This document shows positions 11,107 to 21,325 of a DNA stretch of 64,000 bases, piece by piece (the first letter of the stretch is position 1; each line of letters begins with the position of its first letter). The stretch comes from Paracoccaceae bacterium (GTDB lineage Bacteria > Pseudomonadota > Alphaproteobacteria > Rhodobacterales > Rhodobacteraceae), in contig CBDCFL010000021.1 in assembly GCA_965216135.1 (NCBI GenBank), positions 232,492 to 296,491 of the forward strand, given 5' to 3'. Made by a program: the position numbers and the translations under genes. Under the pieces are notes generated by a model. It was not told where the DNA came from. It saw only the letters and a list, made by a program, of their open reading frames with translations, and did no database searches.

Positions 11107-12273
11107 CTAACGGTGCCGCTGGATCAGATAATCGCTGATGGCACCTTGTGGACGGGTGCGGGTTATGGCCAGCAACATGCCGACAGCGATCCCACCGGCG
11201 ATCAGCGACGAACCGCCGTAGGACACAAACGGCAGGGTCATGCCCTTGGCCGGCAGCATCCGCACGGCAACACCGGTGTTGATCAGCGCCTGAACGGCAA
11301 AGATGCACACCAGCCCGGTGCCGGCCAGGCGCGCAAACGGATCACGCTCGCGCATCAGCCGGATCAGCGAGCGCAGTGTCACGACGACATAAAGTGCAAG
11401 GATCAGCAGAACCAGCACCAGCCCGTATTCCTCGGCCGCGACCGCGATGATGAAATCGGTATGGGCGTCGGGCAGCGACCACTTGACTTCACCCTCACCG
11501 ACACCGACGCCGAAAAATCTACCTTCCTGAATGGCGTTAGTGGCGTAGCCAAGCTGGGTGCGCGGGTCGAGTTCCGGGGACAAAAAACCGTCGATGCGGC
11601 TCGCGAAATGCTCGGATTTCTGGTAGGTCAGTGTCCCTGCCCCAAGCGTCAACAGACCGAGCGCAATAAGCAATGGTATCGAAGCGCCGCCGACGAAATA
11701 CATCACCCCCCAGCCGAACAGGATCAGACAGGCCTGCCCGAAATCGGGCTGCATCGCCAAAAGCGCTGCGACGATCAGCGCGATCACCAGAGAATAGAGG
11801 CGCCCCGGCGGTCCGCCAATTTCCTGCGACGCCGCCATCAGCCAGGCGCAGATCACCACGAAAGCCGGTTTCAGAAATTCCGACGGCTGCAGCGACCCGA
11901 AGCCGAGCGAATACCATCTGACCGCGCCTTTGCCGAAATCCGTGCCGAAAACCGGCAGCAGAGCCATCGCGACGAGCGTGATAAAAAACCCGATAACGCC
12001 AAGCCGCCTGATCTGGCGCGGGGTCAGGATCGTCAGCAACAGCATCACCACCATCGCCAGCCCGCCAAAGATAATCTGGCGCTCGACATAATAAAATGCC
12101 GGCAATCCGTTGCGTTCGGCCAGGGGCGGCGAGGCGGCCAGCCCTAACAGCAGACCCAAGCCAAACAGAGTGAAAATGCAAAGAATGCTGACCTTGTCCA
12201 CGCTGCGCCACCAGCGGGGCAAGATCGGATCGCCGCGCCCTGCCGGAACCGCGCCGTAGACCATTTCCGTCAT
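11107..12273 (-). CDS. ftsW: SEDS peptidoglycan polymerase FtsW
   Basis: About 10 TM segments. [12 protein letters not shown] and PFVSYGGSS motifs. Confidence 0.93.
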   Translation of the reverse strand: MTEMVYGAVPAGRGDPILPRWWRSVDKVSILCIFTLFGLGLLLGLAASPPLAERNGLPAFYYVERQIIFGGLAMVVMLLLTILTPRQIRRLGVIGFFITLVAMALLPVFGTDFGKGAVRWYSLGFGSLQPSEFLKPAFVVICAWLMAASQEIGGPPGRLYSLVIALIVAALLAMQPDFGQACLILFGWGVMYFVGGASIPLLIALGLLTLGAGTLTYQKSEHFASRIDGFLSPELDPRTQLGYATNAIQEGRFFGVGVGEGEVKWSLPDAHTDFIIAVAAEEYGLVLVLLILALYVVVTLRSLIRLMRERDPFARLAGTGLVCIFAVQALINTGVAVRMLPAKGMTLPFVSYGGSSLIAGGIAVGMLLAITRTRPQGAISDYLIQRHR

Positions 12274-12411
12274 TTCAGATTCCGCCTGGAACTGCCTGTA
12301 TTCGCCCGGTTAACCGGGTCTGGTGGGTCATCATTAGCGAATAATGTGTTGAAGGGCCAGCGAAATGGCGGCTTCGGCGGTATGCCGCGCGCGGATCACT
12401 TGGCGGGATAA

Positions 12412-12487
<76 letters not shown>

Positions 12488-12685
12488 GTCCGGGCGCATC
12501 CTTTAGCGCCACTTGCCGCGCTGGGCAAGTCCTCGCATTTGTCTCGGACGCGCTTAATTCTCAGTGCAGGCTTGCGCACAGTAAAAATCGAGCGGATGCC
12601 GACGAAAGCGCGCGGCGAGGTGTTATGTGAACATCCTCAACGCCCATATCTCGGGTGTAAACGAAACAGCTCGCACTCGTCTGCC

Positions 12686-13153
12686 CTATTCAGCCAGTTC
12701 CGCAATTGGTTCGGCACTCGACTTTTCCCCGACCTTGCGCCCCAATTTGCAAATCAGAACCTCAACATCGGCCATTTCGCGTTTGCGATTTACGCTGAGC
12801 TTGCCAAGCGACGGATGTTGAAGCGTGTGGCCTTGTGACAAAAGGCGTCCCAACTCGTCCATTGCCGCGTCCAGAACCGGGCGCACTTTTTGGGCGCGCA
12901 AACCGGTGCGGGCTGCTACGCGCAACAGGAATTCTCTTTGCTTGACGATCTCGCTCAAATCCGGTGCGGCCTGTTCTTCGATGGTTTCCCCATCTTCGGC
13001 GATGGTTGCCGGTTCTGCTGTTTGCGCCAGATCGGCCGTTGACTCGGGTTCGGCGATTTTTGCCGTGTCGGGCTCGTCGACCGATTCGGCGATTTTGGCG
13101 GTGCTCGTTTTGGTGCGGGTCGTGACCATCTTGGCCCCCTGCTCAATTATCAT
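12686..13153 (-). CDS. HU/IHF-like DNA-binding protein with an acidic, repetitive N-terminal extension
   Basis: The C-terminal ~90 aa (EFLLRVAARTGLRAQKVRPVLDAAMDELGRLL...GKLSVNRKRE) resembles the HU fold. The N-terminus carries AKIAE-type repeats. A better SD (AGGGGG) precedes the second Met at 13129. Confidence 0.55.
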   Translation of the reverse strand: MIIEQGAKMVTTRTKTSTAKIAESVDEPDTAKIAEPESTADLAQTAEPATIAEDGETIEEQAAPDLSEIVKQREFLLRVAARTGLRAQKVRPVLDAAMDELGRLLSQGHTLQHPSLGKLSVNRKREMADVEVLICKLGRKVGEKSSAEPIAELAE

Positions 13154-13276
13154 TATTTCTCAGCATATAGACGATCGGCCGGTGCCGATACAAGCGCTGG
13201 TGCGGGCTGCGCAAAATTGGCCGGAACCTGTGATCTTTTGGTGCGCGGATTGCGCGCAATAAAAAGCTGCCCAGAG

Positions 13277-15688
13277 CTAATGCGTCACCTGCGCCGAGCT
13301 TTCGGGTTGCGCGATGTTCCTTGCTTTGGCGGCTTCCTCGGCCTCGGCGGCTTCGTCCCAGATGATCGGCTCGGGTTCATCAACAAGCGCCATCTTGAGA
13401 ACTTCGCGCACGTGAGAAACCGGTATGATCTCCAGCCCGTCTTTCACATTGTCCGGGATCTCCGGCAATTCCTTGGCGTTGTCCTCGGGGATCAGCACGG
13501 TGCGCACGCCGCCGCGCAGGGCGGCCAGCAGTTTTTCTTTCAAACCACCAATGGGCAAAACATTGCCGCGCAGGGTCACTTCGCCGGTCATGGCCATGTC
13601 CCTTCTGACCGGGATCTGCGTCAGCACCGAAACGATCGACGTTACCATGGCAACTCCAGCGCTTGGCCCGTCCTTGGGCGTCGCGCCCTCGGGCACGTGC
13701 ACGTGGATGTCGATATGTTCAAAAATCGGCGGTTTGACGCCAATTTTCGGCGCGATAGAGCGGACATATGACGAAGCAGCATCGATGCTTTCCTTCATCA
13801 CATCGCCGAGCTTGCCGGTAGTCTTCATCCGGCCCTTGCCTGGCAGCCGCAAGGCCTCAATCGACAACAGATCGCCGCCCGCGGATGTCCACGCCAATCC
13901 GGTGACGACGCCGATCTGATCTTCTTTTTCGGCCAGCCCATAGCGGAATCGATTGACGCCAAGGAAGCCTTCAAGATTGTCGCGCGACACGACGACGCTA
14001 TCGGCTTCTTTTTTCACCAGCTTGGTCACAGCTTTACGCGCCAGCTTGGCGATCTCGCGCTCGAGATTACGCACTCCGGCCTCACGCGTATACGTGCGGA
14101 TGATCTCTTGCAGAGCGTCGGCCTCGATCACGAATTCGGTCTTTTTCAGCCCGTGGTTCTTGGTTTGCTTGGGGATCAGATGCTGCAGCGCGATCTCGGT
14201 CTTTTCATCTTCGGTATAGCCAGCCAGCGCCAATGTCTCCATCCGATCCAACAGCGGGCTCGGCATGTTGTAGGTGTTGGCCGTGGTGATGAACATCACG
14301 TTGGACAGATCGTATTCAACCTCAATGTAATGATCGATAAAGGTCGAATTCTGTTCGGGATCGAGCACTTCCAACATCGCGCTCGCCGGATCGCCACGAA
14401 AATCCTGACCCATCTTGTCGATCTCATCGAGCAGGATCAGCGGGTTGGTGGTTTTCGCCTTTTTCATGGCTTGAATGATCTTGCCGGGCATCGAGCCGAT
14501 GTACGTCCGCCGGTGGCCCCGGACCTCAGACTCGTCGCGCACGCCGCCCAGGCTGATGCGGATAAACTCGCGCCCTGTGGCACGCGCAACCGATTGGCCA
14601 AGTGAGGTCTTGCCCACGCCTGGTGGGCCGACCAGACACATGATCGGACCTTTCAGCTTTTTCGAGCGCTGCTGGACGGCGAGATATTCAACGATCCGCT
14701 CTTTGACCTTTTCCAGCCCGTAATGATCGTCATCAAGGACTTTCTGGGCCCGTGTCAGATCCTTTTTGACGCGGCTTTTCACGCCCCAGGGGATCGACAG
14801 CATCCAATCGAGATAATTGCGCACCACGGTCGCCTCAGCCGACATCGGCGACATGGATTTCAGCTTTTTAAGCTCGCCCTCGGCCTTCTCGCGCGCTTCT
14901 TTGGATAGTTTGGTTTCAGCGATCTTGGCTTCCAGTTCGGCGATCTCGTTGCTGCCGTCCTCAGCATCGCCCAGCTCCTTCTGAATGGCCTTCATTTGCT
15001 CATTCAGGTAATATTCACGCTGGGTGCGCTCCATCTGAGATTTCACGCGGGTTTTGATCTTTTTCTCAACCTGCAGAACCGACATTTCGCCCTGGATATG
15101 GGCGAATACTTTCTCCAGCCGTTCCTCGACCGAAAGCGTCTCCAAAAGCGCCTGTTTTTCTTCGACCTCAACGCCCAGATGCCCGGCGACCAGATCGGCG
15201 AGTTTCTCGGGTTCCCGGCTCTCAGCAACGGCGGCTAAAGCCTCCTCGGGAATGTTTTTCTTTATCTTGGCGTAGCGTTCAAATTCCTCGGCCACGGTGC
15301 GTACCAAGGCCTCGATCGCAATCGGATTGCCGGCAATTTCAACCAGACCTTCGGCGCGGGCCTCAAAGAAATCGTCATTTTCCAGAAATTCCGTGATCCG
15401 CACCCGCGAGCGTCCCTCAACCAGCACTTTGACGGTGCCATCTGGCAGCTTTAGCAGCTGCAGCACATTGGCCATCACGCCGACGCGGAAAATCTCGTCA
15501 GCGGTCGGCTCATCAACGGTTGGATCGACCTGGCTGGCCAGCAGAATTTCTTTGTCATCGGCCATGACCGCTTCCAGCGCCTTGACCGACTTTTCACGCC
15601 CGACAAACAGCGGGACGATCATATGGGGAAAAACCACAATGTCGCGAAGTGGCAATACCGGGTGAGAGGGTGCAAATTGCTCGTGCAT
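13277..15688 (-). CDS. lon: ATP-dependent Lon protease
   Basis: 803 aa with Walker A GPPGVGKTS and catalytic PKDGPSAG. Confidence 0.98.
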   Translation of the reverse strand: MHEQFAPSHPVLPLRDIVVFPHMIVPLFVGREKSVKALEAVMADDKEILLASQVDPTVDEPTADEIFRVGVMANVLQLLKLPDGTVKVLVEGRSRVRITEFLENDDFFEARAEGLVEIAGNPIAIEALVRTVAEEFERYAKIKKNIPEEALAAVAESREPEKLADLVAGHLGVEVEEKQALLETLSVEERLEKVFAHIQGEMSVLQVEKKIKTRVKSQMERTQREYYLNEQMKAIQKELGDAEDGSNEIAELEAKIAETKLSKEAREKAEGELKKLKSMSPMSAEATVVRNYLDWMLSIPWGVKSRVKKDLTRAQKVLDDDHYGLEKVKERIVEYLAVQQRSKKLKGPIMCLVGPPGVGKTSLGQSVARATGREFIRISLGGVRDESEVRGHRRTYIGSMPGKIIQAMKKAKTTNPLILLDEIDKMGQDFRGDPASAMLEVLDPEQNSTFIDHYIEVEYDLSNVMFITTANTYNMPSPLLDRMETLALAGYTEDEKTEIALQHLIPKQTKNHGLKKTEFVIEADALQEIIRTYTREAGVRNLEREIAKLARKAVTKLVKKEADSVVVSRDNLEGFLGVNRFRYGLAEKEDQIGVVTGLAWTSAGGDLLSIEALRLPGKGRMKTTGKLGDVMKESIDAASSYVRSIAPKIGVKPPIFEHIDIHVHVPEGATPKDGPSAGVAMVTSIVSVLTQIPVRRDMAMTGEVTLRGNVLPIGGLKEKLLAALRGGVRTVLIPEDNAKELPEIPDNVKDGLEIIPVSHVREVLKMALVDEPEPIIWDEAAEAEEAAKARNIAQPESSAQVTH

Positions 15689-15766
15689 CGAATTTCCTCA
15701 TTTGGCAGGATCGCCCTAGCCCCGAAATTCGGCAACCTTGTGGCGTTCCCCTTGTTTGGCTTTTAC

Positions 15767-15794
15767 ATTTGGGGCCTTTTGATCCCGTTTCAAC
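15767..15794 (-). promoter_or_regulatory. Putative RpoH (sigma-32)-type promoter of lon
   Basis: The minus strand reads GTTGAAA-N13-CCCCAAAT about 80 nt upstream of the lon ATG. Compare the consensus CTTGAAA-N13-17-CCCCATNT. Confidence 0.45.
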
Positions 15795-15887
15795 GCCTCT
15801 GACGGACGAATTACGCACCGCAGAATGCCCGCGGCAGTCGCGATGAGCAAGACCAATTGCAGCCACGTGCGATGAATTCTTCCACCT

Positions 15888-16613
15888 GTGAGCATATCCT
15901 GCTGGCCCATAGACGCAGGCAAACATAGACAATTTGTTAAGACCTTGGGCGCCAGAATTAGCACTATGCCCGTGCGCAGAAATTCCCGCTCAACGCCCGT
16001 GCGTAACGCCACTAATTTGAACAAATTGCGCCGTAGTTCCGACGCCTTCGCGGCCGAGATTGGCGCGATGAATGCTGCCGGTATTTCCTATTTTTGGCGT
16101 TTGGTCTGGTTGCGCGCCTATCGCGACCGCAGACGCATCGCCTTTGTCGTTTCGCTGGCGTTTGTCGCCGGCTACGTGCTCTATCTGCGCCACGGCGGGC
16201 AGGTTTTGGGCGTGCCGGTGCCGGTCTTTACCGGGCTTGTTTATGCGGTCTTTATCGGGCTGGCCACGTTGCTGACCGGCGTCATCTTGCCCGGGCTTCG
16301 ATTTGCGACCGAGGCTATTGCGGTCTCGCGCCTGATCCTGGCGCTGGTGATCTGGACCGCACCTGCGCTTGCCCATCCGATCATGTCACAACCGCTGATC
16401 AGCGCCACGATCGTCGTTGGCGGTGCCGTGCTCTTGCAACGGCTGGTCTATGGCGGTTGGCTCGACGCCCTATTCGGGCGGGACATTCTGCAGACAAACC
16501 GCGCGGCTGAATGGCTGGACGACAGCCTCGGCCGTATTGCCGATCAAGCCACCTTGGGCGGATTCACAGCAGAGAAGCTGCATAATCCAGAGCAGACCGC
16601 AATCGCTGCGTGA
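15888..16613 (+). CDS. Hypothetical polytopic membrane protein
   Basis: Four to five hydrophobic helices. Start uncertain (internal Mets at 15966 and 16068). No motif recognised. Confidence 0.45.
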   Translation: MSISCWPIDAGKHRQFVKTLGARISTMPVRRNSRSTPVRNATNLNKLRRSSDAFAAEIGAMNAAGISYFWRLVWLRAYRDRRRIAFVVSLAFVAGYVLYLRHGGQVLGVPVPVFTGLVYAVFIGLATLLTGVILPGLRFATEAIAVSRLILALVIWTAPALAHPIMSQPLISATIVVGGAVLLQRLVYGGWLDALFGRDILQTNRAAEWLDDSLGRIADQATLGGFTAEKLHNPEQTAIAA

Positions 16614-16650
16614 TGCGTTATTTTACTGCGCATCAAAATTTTATTGCGCA

Positions 16651-17772
16651 TCAAATGTCACCCAACTGGCACGTTGCGTGAAATTCTGATTCGAATGCGT
16701 CAAACTTGCCTGCCCTGATGGCCGCGCGCATGTCTTCCATAAGCTCCTGATAATAATGCAGATTGTGCCAGGTCAGCAGCATCGCACTGATGATCTCACC
16801 CGCCCGGAATACATGGTGCAGATAGGCGCGCGAATAGCTTCGACATGCCGGACAGGTGCAATTTTCGTCCAAGGGGCGCGGATCATCCTGGTGGCGGGCG
16901 TTTTTGATATTCAGCACGCCGCGCCGGGTAAATACCTGCCCTGTGCGCCCCGAACGGGTCGGCAAAACGCAATCCATCATGTCCACGCCGCGCTTGACCG
17001 CACCGACAATGTCATCGGGCTTGCCGACGCCCATAAGATAGCGCGGTTTGTCGTGAGGGAACTGCCCCTGTGCATCGTCCAGAACGGCGAACATCGCGTC
17101 CTGCCCCTCGCCCACCGCCAGCCCACCGATTGCATAGCCGTCAAATCCGATATCGGTTAGTTTTCCAGCACTTTCGGCGCGAAGTTCAGGGAAAATACCG
17201 CCCTGTTGGATGCCAAACAGCGCATATCCAGGCCGGTCACCGAGTGCCTGCCTGGATCGCTCTGCCCAGCGCATCGACAGAGCCATACTGTCTGCTGTTT
17301 CTGCCTCGGTGGCCGGATGCGGCGTGCATTCATCGAAGGCCATCACGATGTCGCTGCCCAGAAGCGCCTGAATTTCCATCGACCGGGCCGGGCCGAGGAA
17401 ATGTTCCGAGCCGTCGATGTGCGAGCGAAACTGCACCCCGTCTTCGCTAACCTTGCGCAATTTGGCCAGTGACATCACCTGAAATCCGCCGCTATCGGTC
17501 AGGATCGGGCCGTCCCAGTTCATGAACCGGTGCAAGCCACCCAAATCCTTGATGCGCTCAGCCGTTGGCCGCAGCATCAGATGATAGGTATTGCCAAGCA
17601 GGATGTCGGCACCTGTCGCGCGCACGTTTTCGGGCAGCATTGCCTTGACGGTCGCTGCGGTGCCCACGGGCATGAATGCCGGCGTTCTGATCGTTCCGTG
17701 GGCCGTCTCGATTACCCCGGTGCGCGGTTTACCATCGGTTGCAAGCACGTTGAACGCGAAGGATTTTGTCAT
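16651..17772 (-). CDS. tgt: Queuine tRNA-ribosyltransferase
   Basis: [17 protein letters not shown] and the zinc motif CTCPAC...H. Confidence 0.96.
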   Translation of the reverse strand: MTKSFAFNVLATDGKPRTGVIETAHGTIRTPAFMPVGTAATVKAMLPENVRATGADILLGNTYHLMLRPTAERIKDLGGLHRFMNWDGPILTDSGGFQVMSLAKLRKVSEDGVQFRSHIDGSEHFLGPARSMEIQALLGSDIVMAFDECTPHPATEAETADSMALSMRWAERSRQALGDRPGYALFGIQQGGIFPELRAESAGKLTDIGFDGYAIGGLAVGEGQDAMFAVLDDAQGQFPHDKPRYLMGVGKPDDIVGAVKRGVDMMDCVLPTRSGRTGQVFTRRGVLNIKNARHQDDPRPLDENCTCPACRSYSRAYLHHVFRAGEIISAMLLTWHNLHYYQELMEDMRAAIRAGKFDAFESEFHATCQLGDI

Positions 17773-17983
17773 CTGGCGGGCCTCACAGATTTGCGTGACG
17801 TTGTCCAGTGGTGGCCCGGGGGGCGCTCTTCAGTCCTTTCGGACTTCATCGCTTCGCAGAAAAATGACCCAGCGATGAGCGCATGCACGTGAGCGAAGAG
17901 TGCCCTGCATGCGGTCCAGCCACGCTCTGGACGGAGCACGCCGAAATCCCTATATGTTTTGTCGGGATTAGGATGAAACCGAC

Positions 17984-18346
17984 ATGACCGCAGAAACCGC
18001 CCCGATCGAAGGTGCCCCGCTGATCCGCCCGTCCAGCACCGATCACCCGCTGTACGACAGCGTGGTTGAGGCGTGCCGCTCGGTCTACGATCCGGAAATC
18101 CCGGTCAATATCTACGACCTGGGTTTGGTTTATACCATTGATATTAATGAAGAAAATGAAATAAATCTGGTCATGACCCTGACCGCGCCGGGTTGTCCCG
18201 TGGCTGGCGAGATGCCAGGCTGGCTGGCCGATGCAATCGAGCCCTTGCCGGGCGTGAAACAGATCGATGTCGAGATGACATTTGATCCGCCGTGGGGCAT
18301 GGACATGATGTCAGACGAGGCACGGCTTGAGCTGGGGTTTATGTAA
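17984..18346 (+). CDS. DUF59/SufT-like Fe-S cluster assembly protein
   Basis: PEIPVNIYDLGLVY...LTAPGCPVAG motif. Confidence 0.8.
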   Translation: MTAETAPIEGAPLIRPSSTDHPLYDSVVEACRSVYDPEIPVNIYDLGLVYTIDINEENEINLVMTLTAPGCPVAGEMPGWLADAIEPLPGVKQIDVEMTFDPPWGMDMMSDEARLELGFM

Positions 18347-18433
18347 AACAGCCATACAACTAGTTTAGTTTGTTTTTTCAATTTACACAAATATTAGGTT
18401 GTAATACGTCGCGCGATTCACCATGTATCCGGG

Positions 18434-19075
18434 ATGGAACAGGTGAATCTGGCTGCGGTCCTGACAGGCGACCTTGTCGGCTCTACGCAGAAAACCCCCG
18501 ATCAGGCCGAGCGTGCAATAAGTGCTCTGAGCCGTACCGCGGCGCGCGTCGGGTATTGGCACGGTGCGTCCCCGGCCTTTAGCTGGAGCCGGGGCGATGG
18601 ATGGCAAGTCTGGCTGAACCGGCCCCATCTGGCACTGCGCACCGCGCTGATATTCCGGGCGGCGGTACGATCTTTGCCCGACAAAATTGACACCCGGATC
18701 GCCGTGGCCATCGGAATGGTGACATCGCCAGCAACACCCGATCTGAACGCCGAGACCGGGACACCTTACATCACATCGGGTCGCGCCCTTGAGCAGATGG
18801 AGCCGCACCGGACTCTGCGCGTCGTTGGTGCAGGCGGCGCGCTGGCGGCAGCGGCCGTGTTGGCAGATCATACTGCATCAGGCTGGACCATCGCTCAGGC
18901 ATCGGCCATGGATATTGCGTTAGACACCAACAAGCCCGTCGACCGTGAAATCGCAAAAACGCTTGAAATATCCCAGCAAGCGGCCAACAAACGGCTGGCA
19001 AGCGCCGGATTTCACGCAATTAATCAGGCGCTCGACCTGATTGAAAATGATCCCGTGGAAGGTTGGCTCGTATGA
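18434..19075 (+). CDS. SatD-family protein with C-terminal HTH
   Basis: N-terminal GDLVGS...RGDGWQ pattern and C-terminal REIAKTLEISQQAANKRL. The ATGA overlap with a DUF3307 gene is the classic satD-satE pairing. Confidence 0.55.
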   Translation: MEQVNLAAVLTGDLVGSTQKTPDQAERAISALSRTAARVGYWHGASPAFSWSRGDGWQVWLNRPHLALRTALIFRAAVRSLPDKIDTRIAVAIGMVTSPATPDLNAETGTPYITSGRALEQMEPHRTLRVVGAGGALAAAAVLADHTASGWTIAQASAMDIALDTNKPVDREIAKTLEISQQAANKRLASAGFHAINQALDLIENDPVEGWLV

Positions 19076-19498
19076 TCGAGACCTTCGTCGCGCTCGCCTT
19101 CGCCCATATCCTGGCCGATTACGTGTTTCAGCCCGCCTGGATGGTGCAGCGCAAGAAAAGACTCCGGAATTCTGCTGCTGCATATCGCCATGCGCGCTTA
19201 TGCCGCGCCCGATGACAACGACGGCGCCGACCTTCCCAAAGGTGGGGCGACCATCGGTTTCCTCGAACGCGGGCTGATCTACATTTTGGTTGTCGGCGGC
19301 CAGCCCGCATCGATCGGTTTTCTGATCGCAGCGAAATCGATCCTGCGCTTTGGCGTCATCGACGAAAACCGCGCTGTGTCGGAATATGTGATCATCGGCA
19401 CTTTGGCCAGCTTTGGCTGGGCCATCGCTGTGGTATTCACGGTTCTGTGGTTGGCCAATGGCTTGGTGCCGCTTGAGTTAAGCACCGCCGCACATTAA
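19072..19498 (+). pseudogene. DUF3307 (SatE-like) membrane protein, frameshifted
   Basis: Frame 0 gives MIETFVALAFAHILADYVFQPAWMVQRKK and then stops at 19215. The family continues in the +1 frame (GILLLHIAMRAYAAP...IGFLERGLIYILVV...LIAAKSILRF) to 19498. The shift lies near the AAGAAAAGA run at about 19152-19160. Confidence 0.55.
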
Positions 19499-19531
19499 GT
19501 TGATCAAGGCAAGTTTGACGGAATAGCCAAG

Positions 19532-19885
19532 ATGTTCTCGACACCCGGAAATCAAGCGGTCAGCATGACCCCGGCAGCAGCGGCCAAAATTGCCGAACTG
19601 ATGGCGCGCGACGCAAGCCAAGGCTTGCGTATCGGCGTCAAGAAAGGCGGCTGTGCGGGCATGGAATATACCATGGAATATGTGGCCGAAGTTGACCCGC
19701 ATGATGAAGTGGTCGAGCAGGACGGTGCGCGTGTGATGATCGCGCCGATGGCCCAGATGTTTTTGTTTGGCACCAAAATTGACTATGAGGTATCCCTGCT
19801 AGAGAGCGGATTTCGCTTCATAAACCCAAATGTGGTGGATGAATGCGGTTGCGGCGAATCGATAAAATTCGCAGAGCAGGAATGA
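19532..19885 (+). CDS. HesB/IscA-family iron-sulfur cluster insertion protein
   Basis: GCAGMEY and the C-terminal CGCGESF-like motif (ECGCGESIKF). Confidence 0.9.
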   Translation: MFSTPGNQAVSMTPAAAAKIAELMARDASQGLRIGVKKGGCAGMEYTMEYVAEVDPHDEVVEQDGARVMIAPMAQMFLFGTKIDYEVSLLESGFRFINPNVVDECGCGESIKFAEQE

Positions 19886-20205
19886 GCCTCAGTCAGCAGC
19901 AAATCGACCACACATTGGAACTATTTAACGGACTTGGCGCGCTGACGACACGCACGATGATGGGCGGCCTTTGCATTTATTCTGACGGTCAGATTTTCGC
20001 GATCCTGCACAGCGACGGCTCTGTCTGGCTGAAGGGTGCAAAGGAATTCGCCGAGCGCCTGACAGGTGAAGGCTGGGAGCGCTGGACATATTCGCGCGAT
20101 GGCAAGAAATCCACGGCCATGCCTTATTGGCGGCTGCCAGAGGACGCGCTCGATGATCCCGATCTTGCCTGCGAATGGGTGCGCAAGGCGCTTGAACATC
20201 TCTGA
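19882..20205 (+). CDS. TfoX N-terminal domain protein
   Basis: [17 protein letters not shown]...[11 protein letters not shown] pattern. The start is placed at the internal Met overlapping the iscA stop. Confidence 0.6.
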   Translation: MSLSQQQIDHTLELFNGLGALTTRTMMGGLCIYSDGQIFAILHSDGSVWLKGAKEFAERLTGEGWERWTYSRDGKKSTAMPYWRLPEDALDDPDLACEWVRKALEHL

Positions 20206-20254
20206 GAGGGCGATAAAATCCCGCCAGGCAGCCAGACGCCAAAGGGCCATATCC

Positions 20255-20995
20255 ATGTCACCGCCAAAGCTCGCCGCCGGAAACTGGAAGATGAACGGGA
20301 CCGGACCTGCCCTGACGGAGCTCGACGGGTTGGCCTCAATTGGACCGTTTGACGTAGATGTGTTGATCTGCCCGCCAGCCACGCTGATTTCGCGTGCTTC
20401 GGCGCATTCGGGTGACATATGTATCGGCGCGCAGGATTGCCATTTCGCCCAAGCTGGTGCGCATACGGGCGACATATCGTGCGATATGCTGGCCGATGCC
20501 GGCGCGTCACATGTCATTGTCGGCCATTCCGAACGCCGCGCCGACCACGGCGAGACCGACGCGCAGGTGCGCGCCAAGGCCGAAGCAGCGTTTGCCGCAG
20601 GTCTGGTGGTTATCATCTGTGTCGGTGAAACGCTTGATGAGCGCGAGGCTGGACACACGCTTGATGTTGTCGGCACTCAGATTGACGGCTCGGTCCCGCG
20701 CGGCGCATCTCAGGGCAAACTGGTTGTCGCCTACGAGCCGGTCTGGGCCATCGGCACCGGCAAAGTGCCAACCCTGGCCGAGATCGGTGAGGTGCATGAT
20801 TTCATCCGCAGCCGGCTTGCGGCGCTGGGCATCGCGGGCGCTGTCGATGTCCCAATCCTCTACGGCGGCTCGGTCAAACCGGCCAACGCGGCGGAAATTT
20901 TCGCGGTGCCAAATGTCGATGGCGCTTTGGTCGGTGGCGCCTCGCTGAAAGCAACCGATTTTTCCGGGATCATCACGGCGCTCGAGGCCGCATAG
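20255..20995 (+). CDS. tpiA: Triosephosphate isomerase
   Basis: [27 protein letters not shown]. The real start is the Met at 20255; the ORF-track 5' extension is spurious. Confidence 0.96.
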   Translation: MSPPKLAAGNWKMNGTGPALTELDGLASIGPFDVDVLICPPATLISRASAHSGDICIGAQDCHFAQAGAHTGDISCDMLADAGASHVIVGHSERRADHGETDAQVRAKAEAAFAAGLVVIICVGETLDEREAGHTLDVVGTQIDGSVPRGASQGKLVVAYEPVWAIGTGKVPTLAEIGEVHDFIRSRLAALGIAGAVDVPILYGGSVKPANAAEIFAVPNVDGALVGGASLKATDFSGIITALEAA

Positions 20996-21064
20996 AACAG
21001 TTTGCTTTTCTTGATTACCCCACGTCCCTGACATGATCTTGGATCTTGCCGTCGCTCCTCGGAA

Positions 21065-21236
21065 GGGCAGCGCCCGGACGCGGGCGGGCGCGGACACGGG
21101 TGCCGGTCCTCGCTTTATCGTGCCGCCCGCATCTTGGGTATGTTCGGGTGTGCAACGACACAGAAGCGCCCGCCCACATGGGCGGTCGGGCGCTGCCCGG
21201 CGGCACGTTCCGTGCCTTGTTCCGGGCAAGTGCGCC
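21065..21236 (+). repeat. Structured intergenic element, copy R1
   Basis: Shares ordered sequence blocks with 26427-26600 and 63315-63529. GGGCAGCGCCCG (21065-21076) pairs with CGGGCGCTGCCC (21187-21198). A 3' hairpin GGCAC/GTGCC is followed by TTGTTCCGGGC. Confidence 0.8.
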
Positions 21237-21325
21237 TACTGGCAATCATCGCGGGTGACACCCCGTGTGCGACCAACTAAAGAGTGGCTACCTGCCGCCC
21301 CTTGAGGATTCGGAGCTCCGCTGAA

